Shown here: positions 13,991-27,223 of the stretch, in pieces
Layout of the letters: each line of letters opens with the position of its first letter
How positions within the stretch are numbered: position 1 is the first letter of the stretch
Assembly (NCBI RefSeq): GCF_036971445.1
Contig: NW_027211947.1
Location: 1 to 64,000, forward strand
Source of the DNA: Narcine bancroftii
Lineage: Eukaryota
Direction: 5' to 3'
Length of the DNA stretch: 64,000 nt
Made by a program: the position numbers and the translations under genes
Notes under the pieces: generated by a model
Databases searched by the model: none
The model's input: only the letters and a program-made list of their open reading frames with translations
Told to the model about the DNA's origin: nothing

Positions 13991-14536
13991 TACTTCATTG
14001 GATGCAAATCCTTTTGGGAGGTACAAAAGGTTATGAACATTTCTATATCACCACAGATCTACCTTTATTCTATTCTGACATGCTACACTTTTTGAGAAAT
14101 ATCCCCCAATTAATTTTTGACCTAATTGTAATTTAAGAAATTCAGCTTAACCAGAAAAGGTTATTGCCACTAGAATTGGGAAATTTACCTACTTTGACTT
14201 TCCAAGTGTAAATCATTTTAACTAAAGCTTTTGAAATATCATCTAGAAGTAATTTGGAATATTAAGCCTTATTTACTTCATTGTTCAATCTGATACTGTG
14301 TGACTCTAAAGGACAACTGAAAATGCAGTCAAAATAAATGTCAAGTTTCACAGAAACCACAAATGGAAGGACACCAAGAAACTCCCTGGAGAAGTAAATA
14401 ATTTGTTTCTTAGCTACTTGAATGAAATTTGACATCATGGTGTAACAAACTCAGACGTAATGTATGTCAATTCATCCCTTTTTAAGCCCCATAAGGAGAT
14501 TAAATTTGATGGAGTATTAACAATGGAATATTCATA

Positions 14537-14730
14537 TAGTAAAACCCCTAGTATCCATGGGGATTGAAAGATGCCGGATAAGTGAGATAAGTGCTTGAGA
14601 TTGTGTGTCGCGTGATCAGTGAACTAACTGCGAGGCGCACCAATTTTTTACCTATTTAATTTACGTGAAATTTTTGCAGGTTGCTTGGGGGTGCCGACTG
14701 CTTGAATTCCAGATTACAGGGGTTTTACTG
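14537..14730. mobile_element. Tc1/mariner (Tigger-like) MITE, copy 1
   Basis: TIRs AGTAAAACCCC...GGGGTTTTACTG; homologous to 17446-17670 and 43050-43254. Confidence 0.7.
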
Positions 14731-14821
14731 GACTAGAATAGCCTTGCATTAGTAAAAAGCTACAAAACCTATGGTGTTACTGCATTGGATGATTACATCC
14801 AAACGAAGTTCAGAGGTTAAC

Positions 14822-15100
14822 AGGGTGGCATGGTTGGTGTAGTGGTTAGCACAATGCCTTTACAGCGTCAGCATTTGGGACCAGGATTCTAATCCCTCAC
14901 TGACTGAAAGGAGTTGGTACGTTCTTCCCGTGTCTGTGTGGGCTTTCCTCAGGGACTCCAGTTTCCTCCCACCATTCGAAACATATCAGGGTTGAAGGTT
15001 AATCAGATGTAATTGGGCGGCATGGGCTTGTGGGCTGAAATGGCCTGTTACTGTGCTGTATGTCTAAATTAAAAATAAATTTAAAAATAAATAAAATTTA
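14822..15100 (+). mobile_element. V-SINE-like element, near full length
   Basis: A-box TGGTGTAGTGG, B-box-like GGATTCTAATCC, V-domain and A-rich tail. Confidence 0.8.
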
Positions 15101-16089
15101 AGGATTGGATTTTCCTTGGGGATTCCCTAGCAGGACTTTGTCTGGAAAAACAACATAAATGGTCAACAGTTGTTCAACTCATTCTCTGAAATTCTCAGCA
15201 AAGATGGAGAGGGAATCGGGGAAACCCTGTGAATTTTTAATATTTTTTTACTGTCATCACTTATTATCAGAATGAATTGCAGTCATTATATTATTATTTG
15301 AAGAATTTTCCTGTTGCAATGACTTAGACCACATTGTAAAACCCAACCTGAATGGGTAAATGAATCTGAAAGTATATTTTTCCTTGTATAATGTCTGAGA
15401 ATGAACACCATTTAAAAATAACTTGCTTAAAATTCCACATCTGGCCAGAACTCAAAGCCTGCTGGCAAGATGTTGTGGAATATATTACATATGAAAGTTA
15501 TACTTCTTCACTATTATTGTCAAATGGTAGTAGGGTTTGTGCTTAGATTTCCAAAATGAAGACTTGTACAACCACTCAACCATTGTTTAGTCCAAAGTTT
15601 GTCACGTAAAATTTGCAAATTGGGTAAATATGCAAATTCCAAGTTTAGCTGAGGCCTCGCTGGAGAAGTGTTGAAGAATTCCAAGCTTTCAGGAATGGTT
15701 GTCAGAAATCATTTTGCACATCCTGTGGTGCTAACAGTTAAATATTGTTTATGTCCTTTGCAATGCAAAGTCTTCTTGTAGATTTGGCTACTAATTAGTA
15801 CACAGAGTTGTAGAATTTGGCAGTGTACTTTTCCTACCTCCTTTCTCTACCTTGGGTGTGATTTATACCCATTGGCCTGCCAAGATTAAGACTGTACAAA
15901 GAACAGTGCCTGCTAGAATTGCCCAGTTGGAACCATCACACTTTTTAAAAAAAATTGATGCCATCAAACAATTGTTTGCACTTCAAATTTGCATTGGCCC
16001 ACACTTAATTCATTATGTTGCAGCAAGTGGGAGGACTGGCTTGGCAGAAATTATTTCCTTGTGGTTAAACAAGAAAATAGGAAGATGCT

Positions 16090-17310
16090 GTGGATGTGTG
16101 CCATACACAAATGTGCTGGAGTAACCCTGCAGGTCAGAAAGCATCTTTAGGTAATAAAGGGTAACCAATATTTTGGGCCTGAGAGCATTGACAGGAATTA
16201 GCAAACATAATCAGGTGCCCCAGTAAAAAGGTGGGAAGAGGAAGGAAGAAGAATGAAGCATGGGGAAGGTAGCTCTCTGATAGAAGGAAGGGGAGAAGTT
16301 GGAGAAAAGAGAGGGATAGGGAAAGAAAGAGACACTGGCGAGAAGGTTAATGGAAATTAGAGAAGTTGATGTTTGGGCATCTGGTTGGAGGGTGCCCAGT
16401 TGGAACATGAGGTGTGGTTCCTCTTATTTGCTGGTGGTCTCAGTCTGACAATGCCTGAGACCATGGACAGTCATGTCAGCATGGGAATGGAGCAGGGAAT
16501 TGAAATGAGTTGCCACTGGGAGACCTTTGCTATTGCTGTGGACTGAGGGAAGGTGCCTGAGACCATGGACAGTCATGTCAGCATGGGAATGGAGCAGGGA
16601 ATTGAAATGAGTTGCCACTGGGAGACCTTTGCTATTGCCATGAACTGAGGGAAGGTGCTCCATGAGCGATCTTCCAGACTGCGTCCAGGGTAGAGGAGGC
16701 CGTAATGGAGCAGTGCATGCAGTAGCTGACTCCTGCAAATTCACATGAAATGTTGTTTCACTTGAAAGGCCTGTTTGGAGTCCTAAATGGAATTGAGAGA
16801 AGAGATGTGGATGCAAGTATAGCATTTCCTGCAGTCACATGGGTAGGTACCTTGGGGGAGATTGGAGGGAAGGAATGAGTGGCTGAGGGAGTTGTGGAGG
16901 GAGCAGGCCCCTGTGGAAAGTGGAGAGGGGAAGATGTGACAGGTGGTGGGATCTCATTGTAGTTGGCTGAAATTGCAGAGTATGATATGTTGGATGTGAA
17001 GGCTGGCGTGGTGGTAGATGAGGACAAGGAGAATTTGTTCATGCTGCGTCTTGAGTGGAAAGGGCCAGGACAGATGTGCGGAAAATAGGAGATGCGAGAA
17101 AGGGCTGAGATGATGGCAGTAGCGAGAGAGCATGTTTTGCGATGGAGGACATCTTGGATGTTCTAGAATCAGAACTCTCCCACCAGATGGCATAAACATT
17201 CACTTCTCCAAATTCCATTATCCCCCTCCACTGAGGATCTCGCTTTCCCATTCCCTCTGTTATATTTCCTTCAACCCACTCCTTCCCTTCCCTCTCCTTT
17301 TCCCTGTATC
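16090..17310 (-). mobile_element. Penelope-like element (GIY-YIG region) with internal 102-bp tandem duplication and an inverted terminal segment
   Basis: EHL..V....LPVATHFNS..HSHADM and FQLGTLQPD motifs; 17170-17310 is an inverted copy of the 16320-16400 type sequence. Confidence 0.8.
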
Positions 17311-17445
17311 ACGTCTTAGCTTTTATAAATGTGCATTTGACTTGTTTCTTGTTATCATACATAATTGCTCTTTTTACTTTGCACATCTTAAAATTTTCCT
17401 TCAACAATGTTGTTAGTTAAAACTGAAACTCATGTTTATGGTGTA

Positions 17446-17670
17446 CAGTAAAATCCTTGTTATCCAGAATTCAAGCAACAGACAGCCTCAAGCAACCGCA
17501 AAAAAAAAATAATGGAAAATAAATAGGTTAAAAAATACAAAAGTTTAAAATTGGCGCCCACTGACAATAATTTCTCCAATCACGCAACGCGCAATCTCAA
17601 GCATCCGGAAAATTCACTTATCTGCCATCTACCAATCCCGATAGCTGCTGGACACCAGGACTTTTTGCTA
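17446..17670. mobile_element. Tc1/mariner MITE, copy 2 (opposite orientation)
   Basis: TA-CAGTAAAATCC start; interior is the reverse complement of 14537-14730. Confidence 0.7.
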
Positions 17671-17987
17671 TATTTAGTGATTGCAAGGAGGAAGGAAATT
17701 ATTATTAGGTGTGTAGCAGTGAATATGCATTTCTCAGTTATCACGGCAGAAAATGCTGGAAACACTGAGCAGGTCAGGCAACATCCACGTAAAGAGAAGC
17801 AGAATGAATGTTTCAGGTCAAAGACCCTTCATCAGTCCTGAAATTCTAATTGATTTTTTCAAGTTTTGCTGCCACACTCAGATTTCCAGCATCTGCCTTT
17901 TTTTAAAAAAAATTTTCCTTCAGTTAAAAAGTCTCTATTTCTTGTTCTGTTTTCCACAAGCCCTGATCCCAAATATTGTTTTCTCAG

Positions 17988-18365
17988 GTAATTATTTGTT
18001 TTGGAATATCTGTGTGCCTCTACAAGTACATCGGGTTTGCAGTAGTTGCTTTACTGGTCGAAATCAACTCGATCCTTCTCCACCTGAGGCAGATTCTTCT
18101 GATGGCCAACATGCGTAAAACCACAGTTTTCCGCATCAACAGCATCGTCAACCTGGGAACGTACGTCATCTTCCGCATTAGCACACTGGCGTGGATGACT
18201 CGCTGGCTGGTCCTAAACCGTGACAACATCCCTCTGGTGATATACAGCATTGGCACTGTGGGAATGGCTGTTATGACGGTGATGAACATCGTGCTATTTT
18301 ATCGACTGTTGAAAAGTGACTTCCTGAAGTCCAGCAGAGAAGCGAAAAAGGAAAAAGAAAAGTAA
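17988..18365 (+). CDS. TLCD2: TLC domain-containing protein 2, last coding exon
   Basis: ttctcag acceptor; VIICFG...GFAVVALLVEINSILLHLRQ...FRISTLAWMTRWLVLNRD...SDFLKS...KKEKEK*; synteny with PRPF8. Confidence 0.93.
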   Translation, partial: VIICFGISVCLYKYIGFAVVALLVEINSILLHLRQILLMANMRKTTVFRINSIVNLGTYVIFRISTLAWMTRWLVLNRDNIPLVIYSIGTVGMAVMTVMNIVLFYRLLKSDFLKSSREAKKEKEK

Positions 18366-19060
18366 ATTTGAAATTACATTCTACTTGTGCTGCGGATACT
18401 TGGATTTAATGACCAACACGGAAACATTTTTTGTTCCTTTTGAATAGAAATTTGGTTGAATTCAGTTAATATGAAATTCTGAACAGCTTGTGGGTCATAT
18501 TTGAAATATTTTGTCTTCACTTTTTAAAAAAATCTAACATTGTGATTTATATTTTAAAATGAAATTGTTACAATGATGATGCAATTCTAATTGTGATGGT
18601 TCTTTCAAGCAAAAGAGTAAAATTCCTAAATCTTCCACTTCGCATTGAACTGCATTGTACGAGTGTTATAAGCAGAGCACAGTTATGTGCCAGGCAATTC
18701 CAGCCGTTAGACCACAACCTCGACCACTGTGAAGGATGAAGGCGACTATTACTTGAAAATGTACCAGCTGTAGATGCTGCCCTTCCCAGCAACACCCTCA
18801 TCCAAAAATGAATTAAAAAAAAAACTTTTGGAATGTTTGTAACCATAAACACAAGGGGGATTCATTAATTCTTGAGTGTGTCAATTGTATTTAAGCTAAG
18901 AAAACAATGTGATGGATTGTAAATTCAGATGCCTGCAATTGTCATTTCAACCTCCAGAATACCATTATTCACTTAACATTTTGAATTATTGAAAATTTAG
19001 CGGGGGGGAGGGGGGGAGGGTGGGGAAGATAAAATGGTAGCACAGCAAATATATACAGGA

Positions 19061-19066
19061 AATAAA
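19061..19066 (+). promoter_or_regulatory. Candidate TLCD2 polyadenylation signal AATAAA
   Basis: About 700 nt after the stop in AT-rich unique sequence; other sites are possible. Confidence 0.35.
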
Positions 19067-20189
19067 ACATTGAACAATGCCATGAAGTACAATGTTTATC
19101 AAATTTCTTCATTTGGTTCGATAGGTTGTTCTTTGGTGTATGTAGAGTGAATGAATGCATGTTTTAAATAGACATGCAGATATTCTATGATTGTTTACAT
19201 GAGACATGGTCTCAGCACATGAATGTCATCATCCTAGAAGTGCATTGCTTCATAGGCTAGATTTCTTTTGGAAATGTATCAATGTATGCAACTTAAACAC
19301 TTTTGGAACTTTGGCTTTTTTTGTTATTTGTATCGGTATTTCATTACTAAATTGAGTTTCAAATATGTTCACACTAAGTATTTACTGTATTTGAATATTC
19401 ATACTTGTGATGTAAAGCTTTCAATGTTTGGAGTAATTATTTTTGTTTGTATGAAAAATGTCATTTATAGCAAATATTAATGTATTTTATCCAGCGGCAA
19501 ATGAGGTAACAATTTTTGAGATTTATTTTTGATGTTTTGACCAAAACAAATGTGTGGAATTTGCTCAAAAATATTAAACATGAAGCATTCATTCGGGTGA
19601 ATTTATGTCTCTTTCTGGAAGCATTTATGATTATAGGCAGGCTTTCTAAACTGGCAGACCAAGCACTTCCGGTCAGACCAAATGAGTAGCCGATTAGTAT
19701 TTTTTTTACATACAGCATGGTAACAGGCCCTTTTGGCCCATGAGGCAGTGCTGCCCAATTACACCCAAATAACATACCCCCCACCCCCCGCCTCTCGTAC
19801 ATCACTTTTAGATATTGAGCGTTGGTCTGATTTCTGCCCCTCTAATCATACATTCAATCTGAAAAATTATTTGCAGGATGAAAGGAGATGTGGGAAGCAT
19901 TAGCAGAGGTCTAGAATATTGTCTGAAAGGGAGGTACAGAACCCCTCTCCAAGACTGGCACTGTTTAGACATGAAGGTCATGACCAAATGTTGGAAGATG
20001 GGATTTGTTGCACAACCCCTGTGGTCCTAAAAGACCACCTTTGATCCTTCACTACAAGATGTCTTGGTGCCTCCAAATTTTTATTTTAATTTTTAGATCG
20101 GACTCCAATAATGTGATTAGAAATTTAGGAATGGGTGTAATCTATTCTTTAAAGTGTCGAATTCATCCCACGGTGACTTGATCTTATGA

Positions 20190-20540
20190 TGTGTTTATTG
20201 TCATACACATTTTACATGTACACCAAAATTCTGATTTGCAGTCGAACAGTTACTGGTAAAGAAAAACTGATAGTAAACAATTACATTAATTGAGACATTA
20301 AATACATGATGGACAGAAATAGTCACAGTGATCCTAGTGCAAAAAAAAAGTGATTTGTAATAATGCAAACAGTCCTTTTGTGATGTTTGAACAGTCTGTG
20401 ATTAATGAACAAAGGGTAGGTTCAAGAGCCTGGTAACCGTTGGGGAAAAAAAAACTTCCTGAATGTGGAACTGCTGGATTTTGGCTTCTGTGTCTTCTGC
20501 CCGAAGGTACCAGTGAAAAGAGGTTGTGACCAGGGTGCAA
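20190..20540 (-). mobile_element. Rex1/Babar-like 3' fragment
   Basis: HPGHNLFSLVPSGRRHRS. Confidence 0.65.
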
Positions 20541-21277
20541 AGGACAATAGATCTGCCACTACACATGACTCCCACCCCATAAGTTGGAGATCAGCCCCCT
20601 TTGCAATGTCTTACAGATTTTAGGGTTTGTTGGAGGGTGATCAAATATTGGATAGTCAGGGCAGGATGAGAGAGAGGATGATCAAAATGAATGGGAAGAG
20701 GACCTTTGGGGATGATGGGAAATTAATGGATGCAGTTATTCTGAGGATGAGGTTATTGAAAATGGGGTTTGAGATGATGGAATAATTGGTAATGTTTAAA
20801 GAAGGCAGCTACCGGGAAGAAGATGGAATCCTCAAACTAATAATGGTTTGGTTGGATTGATATTCTTAATGAATGCAGTTCAACTCTGGTTAACTGTGGT
20901 GTGGTGTTAGGGCCTCACAAACAGGATTTTGTCCATGAACCAATAAAAGCATCATATTTCCAATCAAGCAATTAAGTTAGGCACAGTTTTAAATGAGACG
21001 AGATTATCAAATATTGCTCACTCCATACAGATTAATATGTTAATGTTATAAATCACTAACATGCATCCAAATCATTACCATAACTTAAAAATAACAACCA
21101 ATTAATTTTTAAAGGGTACTTGAATGAGTGTATAAAACTTCAATTTTTTTCATCAGCTTAAATGCAGAAATCACATTGAACTCGAGTAAATAAAGGTAGA
21201 GCATCTTAAATGAAAATGTACATGTTCTTTTTCTATCTCAACATACACTTTTACCAGGCCCAGTTTGAACCCCAATA

Positions 21278-21283
21278 TTTAAT
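21278..21283 (-). promoter_or_regulatory. Candidate calpain polyadenylation signal ATTAAA
   Basis: About 130 nt downstream of the TGA stop on the minus strand. Confidence 0.35.
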
Positions 21284-21411
21284 GACATAAACACACAAAA
21301 GACTGTTAGAATGGCTGTGATGGATACAGCAGTGATAGATTAAACCTGTGTTGGCTAATATCATTCATCAGTAAATTTTCTTCTGCTTCTTGTTATTGGT
21401 CTTGTCAAACT

Positions 21412-21663
21412 TCAGCAATATTCCATTCCTTCTTCTCCAAGGTTGAATCCTTCATGAATCTGAATTTCGGTTTTAGTGAAAATCCGCAGCATAAATGATC
21501 CATCGGTGTCTGGTGCAAAGGTACTTGGAATAATGACATAGTGTCCTGGCATCAGTTTGCTATGGAGGGTTATGCTTCTCTGGGCTACATAGGCTCCTGA
21601 ATCTGAAACCTCTGTATGATTTGTAAAATGCTGAGCAGTTAGAACTCTCTGGGGATCATAAGA
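21412..21663 (-). CDS. Atypical calpain, coding exon 12 (last; end of CBSW/C2L domain, stop)
   Basis: ttttaacag acceptor; SYDPQRVLTAQHF...SGAYVAQRSITLHSKLMPGHYVIIPSTFAPDTDGSFMLRIFTKTEIQIHEGFNLGEEGMEYC*. Confidence 0.92.
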   Translation of the reverse strand, partial: SYDPQRVLTAQHFTNHTEVSDSGAYVAQRSITLHSKLMPGHYVIIPSTFAPDTDGSFMLRIFTKTEIQIHEGFNLGEEGMEYC

Positions 21664-21689
21664 CTGTTAAAAAGAAAAATGTACAACTT

Positions 21690-22080
21690 TTAAGGTTAGG
21701 GGGAACATTAGGGGGAGCTTCTTCACACAGGGATGGGGGGGGGGGGGGTTGTGGAATGAGCTGCCAGCTGAAGTGGTGAATGTGGGTTCAATTTTCAGAT
21801 TTATTGTCAGAGTACGGACATGACATCACACACCCTGAGATTCTTTTTCCTGCAGGTAAGGCACTTACTGGTTATGCAAAATCTACACACATATAAACAA
21901 ATTTTTAAAATGTAACACATTTTTAAAAATTTAACATTTGATTAGAATTTGGACAGATTAATAATTGGGAGGGGTGTGGAGGGCTGTGGATTGGGGGCAG
22001 GTCAGTCAGATAAGGTAGAAAAATAGTTTGCCACAAACTAAAAGGCCTGAAGGGCCTGTTTCTGTGCTGTAACGCAGTCT
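21690..22080 (+). mobile_element. CR1 3' fragment with a nested insert
   Basis: Similar to 4720-4960. Confidence 0.6.
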
Positions 22081-22502
22081 GATTCTAATTGCAATTTAAT
22101 TTTTGTGTTTGCTCCTTGCATTGAACGCTGCTTGGAGAACAAACCATTATAAACCCTCATTATAAAGGCGTCTTCACAGAATTTCAAAAAGGTTGTTATA
22201 AAGCAGAATGAGAAAATACGAAGACTCTTTCTGAATGTTTGGAGGCTGGGTTAAAAATTAGGTTTGACTTTGGATGACTTATATCCAATCAAGGCCTCTA
22301 CAGCTAGCAATGAGATGGCACTCGTGCTATATTAATCATGATTGATTAAATAAAACTCGTTAACATTGATGACACATTAGCAGGCAAGTGTGGGTGTGTT
22401 CTGTGTTACATTTACCCTCATTGCCACAGAACAAGTATTCATCGCTGAATAGCTTTGTAAAGAACTATAGTTTTCTTTGCATAATATAAATTTTCAACTT
22501 AC

Positions 22503-22624
22503 CTTGTAAATCTGAATCCCAATGGGACTCATTGAGATTCCAAGCTTCCTGTTCATCCTTTTGTAATTCTGAATTAAACAGATTAGAATAGAACATGCCC
22601 CATCTTCAAGGTCTTCATCACCAT
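22503..22624 (-). CDS. Atypical calpain, coding exon 11 (CBSW acidic loop)
   Basis: cag...gtaag; DGDEDLEDGACSILICLIQNYKRMNRKLGISMSPIGIQIYK; phases 1 and 0 fit the neighbouring exons. Confidence 0.92.
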
Positions 22625-23009
22625 CTGAGTGATAGAGCAGACAAAAAAATAGCTTATTATAATAAATCCTCACTTAGCCAAACAGCTGGAAGAACAAAAA
22701 TAATGAGTGACCAATTGGAATAAAAAGATGAAGTGACATTTTTCAGCCTGTTGTTTTAAAGCACAATGACAAATGTTGAAAAATGTCTTTTCTTCTCTCC
22801 CAGCCTTTTTTATTCAAATGCCTGTCTGCTTTTTGCTCCTACCTTGAAGATGGACTGAAATGTCAGTTATGCATCTTTACCTCCTATGGGCCCTGCAAGA
22901 CCCACTGGGTTCCTCCAGCATTTTTTGCGTTTTTACTACAATCACTGCACCTGCAAACTTTTGTGTTTTATTGCAAGTTTTATTGAAGAAAGAATGGTTT
23001 ATGGTAACA

Positions 23010-24390
23010 CATACCCTTCTTGTTACAGAGTAAAATGAAGGCTAAGGAATTGAAGGAGATGAGTTGTGATGTTCTCAACCATAAGAGACGTACTGGGGAG
23101 GAGGTTTGGCAGCCTTGGAGTGTACTAGAGTGGATAAATACCCAAAGCATAATGAAGTGCATCCTTACCTCTTGTGGGAAGCGAGGGAAGAAATAGCGAA
23201 GGCCTTTGCTAGAATATTGACATCATCTTTGGCCTCGGACAAAGTGTCGCAAGACTGGAGGGTGGCTAATATTGTGCTGTTATTTGGAAAGGGCCGCATG
23301 GAGAAGCCAAGGAACTATGGGCCCGTGAGCTTGATGTCATTACTTGAGGGGATTATGAGGGACATGATCTACTAGAATTTAGCAGATAGGGACTGTTTGG
23401 AGGTGGTTAGCATGGCTTTGCACATGGGAGATCATGTCTCAAGAATAGAAATGTTTTTAAAGAGTGTTGATGAGAACAGGGCAATATTGTATTTATGGGC
23501 TTTAGGAAGGCTTTTGACAAGATCCCACAGATCAGGAGATATATGAAAATTTAGATCACAGGGTCCAAGAGGAGTTGGCTCATTGGATTCAAAAGTAGTC
23601 AGAGGGTAGTAATGGAAAGACATTTCTCGGGAAACTGGGGACAATGCTGGGTCCACTGTTTATTGTCTATAAAAACAATTTGGGTAGCAATCTAGTTAAC
23701 ATGATCAGTAAATATGGGACGACACCAAGGTGGTGTAGTGGACAGTGAGGAAGGATATCTTGGTTTACAAAAAGAGCTTGATCAGATAGGAAGGTGGATG
23801 AAGGAGTTCAAAATGGAATTTAACTCTGACAAGTGTAAATATTACACTTTGGTAGTTCAATCTAGGGCTTACATGGTGAATGGTAGGGCCATAAAAAGTG
23901 TTGTAGAATGGAGATTCTCGGGGGAACAGGTGCATAGTTGCCTGAAATTCCAACTCAGGTGGACAAAGTGTCAAAGAAGGCGCTTGGCACACTTGTCTTC
24001 ATCAGGTGGGGTATTGAGTACAAAAGTTAGGACCTCATGATTCAGCTGTAAAAGGCATTGGTGAGACCATGCTGGAAATACCGTGTGCGGTTCTGGTCAC
24101 TGGGAGAGACTGGGACAGCCTCAGAATACAAAAATCATCCCTTTAGAACAGAGATAAGGAGGAATTTCTTTCCGCAGATGGTGGTCAATCCATGGAATTT
24201 GTTGCCTCAGATGGCTGTGGAGGCCATCTACTTAAAACGGAGGTAGATGAGGAAGGGAATCAAGGGTTATGGGGAGAATGCAGAAGAATGGGTTGAAAAG
24301 GATAGTAAATCAGACATGATGGAATGGCAGTGTAGATTTGATGGGTTGAATGGCCTAATTCTACTCCTATGTCTTAGGGTCTTATGTTAA
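23010..24390 (+). mobile_element. Degenerate CR1 LINE
   Basis: DWRVANIVLLF...NYGPVSL; FNSDKC; RRNFFPQMVVNPWNLLP. Confidence 0.85.
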
Positions 24391-24554
24391 TTCTCAGAAT
24401 ACACTAACTTCCCAGAAGATATTTTTCAGTTAAGTGGAAGAATACCATGGAGATAATAGGTTATAGATGCTATTTCATTCTTCTATATAATGTGTGATTT
24501 GATAGGCAATAAATAATTGACAGTGAGTCCACCTTCTTAAAATATTACCATCTG

Positions 24555-25040
24555 TGTGGAAGCTATGGAGAGGGTGCAGGGAGGATTTATTAGGATGTTG
24601 CCTGAATTGGAAAATGTCTTATGAGGCAAGGTTAGTCAAAGTGGGACTTTTTTTTCTTAGAAGGATGAGAGGAGGCTTGATAGAAGTGTACAAGATTATA
24701 AGAGCCATAGATAAGGTGGACAGCCAGCACTTATTTCCCAGGGCAGATATGGCCAACATCAGACGACATATATACAATGTTAAGGGAGGGAAGTTTAGGG
24801 GAGACAACAGGGATAGGATTTTTTACACAGAGAGTGTGGGTGTCTGGAATACCTTCCCAAGGATGGTGGTGGAGGCTGAAATGTTAAGGACATTTAAAAG
24901 ACTCTTACACAGGCACATGGATGAAAGAAAAATAGAGGGTTATGGGGTAGGTGGATTTAGTTATTTTTTTAAGGAATATATGGGTCGGCACAACATCGAG
25001 GCCTGATGGGCCTGTACTCTGCTGTAGTGTTCTATGTTCT
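24555..25040 (+). mobile_element. CR1 LINE 3' end
   Basis: RRMRGGLIEVYKII...VGVWNTFP. Confidence 0.85.
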
Positions 25041-25360
25041 GAATTAGCTCCCTCTCTGTGCAATGGGGTAGGGAATTGCAGGGTTTATGATGATGAACAG
25101 CGAGTCAGGGTGGTTGGACCTGATTGGACACATCGTGTTCCCATGTGCTTGCAACTCTTGTCCTCCTGGATGTAAGGAGTTCCAGGTTTTCCAGGTGTTG
25201 TTGGCAGTCTTTATGAGTTATTGGTGAAAATCTTGCCACAGGGGTGCAATGGTGGAGGCATCAAACAGCAAAGGTGCGGAATAAATTAAAATTAAATTGG
25301 TTCCTTTGTCCTGGACTATCTTTTGGAAATTGAGAAGTTTACATGGAAGCGCCTTCTTAC

Positions 25361-25483
25361 CTGTTTTTGCGATGGTTATGGGGTATTGAGGGTTACAACT
25401 GTAACTGTTAATATTATTTCTGCATCCACCTGCATTTATTCCAATCACCCACTGACACTTCACTTCTTTCAAGCTGCCAGCAT
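25361..25483 (-). CDS. Atypical calpain, coding exon 10 (CBSW start)
   Basis: ttacag...gtaag; DAGSLKEVKCQWVIGINAGGCRNNINSYSCNPQYPITIAKT (W....AGGC.N....NPQY motif). Confidence 0.93.
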
Positions 25484-26023
25484 CTGTAACCAACAGAAAA
25501 TGTTAAGCATGTCCTGAACAACAGTCTCCATTCTTCATATAAATTTCAAACTTGCAGGCAGTCACACAAGCAACTGCATGTTATCAGTGATGCATGCAGA
25601 AGGACAATTTGGAAAACAAAACCCTGCTGCATTTTAATGTGGTGTGCATATTAAATGCCTATTAAAGATACAAAAAACTGACAAAATTCAGCAAAATTTC
25701 TTATTGAATGTAATCAATAGTGTGATCATTTAGAGGAGTTAAGTGATGAGTTAGATTTACTGCCTATGGGGTCTCCAGGGTCATAAGGACCGGGCTAGAA
25801 GATGAGTTGAGGGAAAAGGTCAGATCAACCCTCCCGAGTGGCTGTGAAGATGCTGCTCCAAGATCTTATCTTTATGTGGAGAAACAAACTAACAGATGCA
25901 TGTCTAATTAAGCAATGCATAGAACAGCATTTAGTCATTCTGGTAAAAGGTTATCTGTAGCAAGGTTGAGAGTGGTGAGAGGGACAAGGGCTTAATCATT
26001 ATCAGATTTTCAACAAACTCTCA

Positions 26024-26859
26024 TGTCATAACTGTTATCTTAATGAGGTTTGTCCAGGCGATTGCATGTTCTTCTTCCTTCTAAGTTGCTGGGTTCTGCA
26101 TTTTGTGACAAGAGTATTTAGAGGTGGTTTGGGAGGAATTGTTCGAGCAGCTTGCACACACACATTTTAAAGCACAGAATATTTGAAGGACTTTTACAGA
26201 ATGCTTTTTGCAGGAGGCAACAAAGTATCGACAGCAGCTTGCCTGGGAGAGCATGTGATCTTTGCAGGCAGAGGAGAAGAGTTTTGCTCTCAGAGAGGGA
26301 GGGTATGAAACAGAGAGAGAGAGAGGAGACAAATCAGTTCAAGAAGGACAAGCTAGCAAACTTTGGAAGGCTGCCTGGTCGAAGGAGAAGACTGGCAGTG
26401 TGAAAGGTGACCTGAAAGAAAGAGGATCATCTGGAGAACCCTGAAGGGGGCAAGTTTCATCAGCAAGACTGATTGAGAAGGAATCAGTTGCGGATGTCCT
26501 GGAAAAGGAATCTCTCTCTCTGAAAACCAGCAAGAACCCTCCTGAGTGGTGACCATTTGCCTGTTAAGCACCAAAGGCTGGTGAACTTTGTTAATGCTAA
26601 CTTCTGTGCACAGTACAAGAATTGCCTGCAACCAGTGAGATTGGACTGTGATCCAAAGAACTTTTCTCATCTTAAATGTGCATTGCACACATCTGCGCTT
26701 AGTGTTAGAGGTGGGGGGAATTAAGTAGTTAGGTAGGTTAAGTGATAAGTTCAATTCTGCTTTCTTGTTCAAATTAAAAACAACTTTTGTTTATATAACG
26801 CTGTGTCGTGGTGCATATCAATTGCTGTTGGTTTTTGGGCTCCTCTGGACTCCGTAACA
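26024..26859. mobile_element. Putative solo LTR
   Basis: TGT...AACA termini and LTR-like composition; no TSD recognised. Confidence 0.35.
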
Positions 26860-27223
26860 TTTTGCTCATGTTCACTGCAGCAGTTCTACATAGCACTTCT
26901 GACTGATTTACTTCAAGATTTGGCTTCAAGATTGATCAGACCAAACCTACTCCTACAATAATCCTGCTCCAGAAGATTTTCTAATGAGTGGTAAAAGGCA
27001 AAAGCCTAATGTTCATTGTTTGACAAAGGGTTTTTGGCCTGAAACATTAACTCTGTTTCTACAGGTTCTCCCTGATCTGCTCAGAATTTCTACCATCTCC
27101 TCATTTCTTTATGGGTACCCGGCATCTGTAGTTATTTTTTAATGTGCATTACCTCTGAAGAAGGTGTCAGGAGCAATATTTCCTTCTCCCCACCTTCATT
27201 AAGAATACATTTCTTTTTATTAC

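Noticed and set aside
19500-21400. Possible further calpain exons (PEF or C2) downstream of exon 12
   Set aside because: No EF-hand or C2-like coding sequence seen by eye; exon 12 reads to a stop without a good donor
25471-25480. AAGCTGCCAG equals the first 10 nt of miR-22-3p (MIR22 neighbours TLCD2 in human), giving a seed-complementary site in the calpain CDS
   Set aside because: No hairpin and no match beyond 10 nt, so it is not the miRNA gene; as a CDS target site it is compatible with chance
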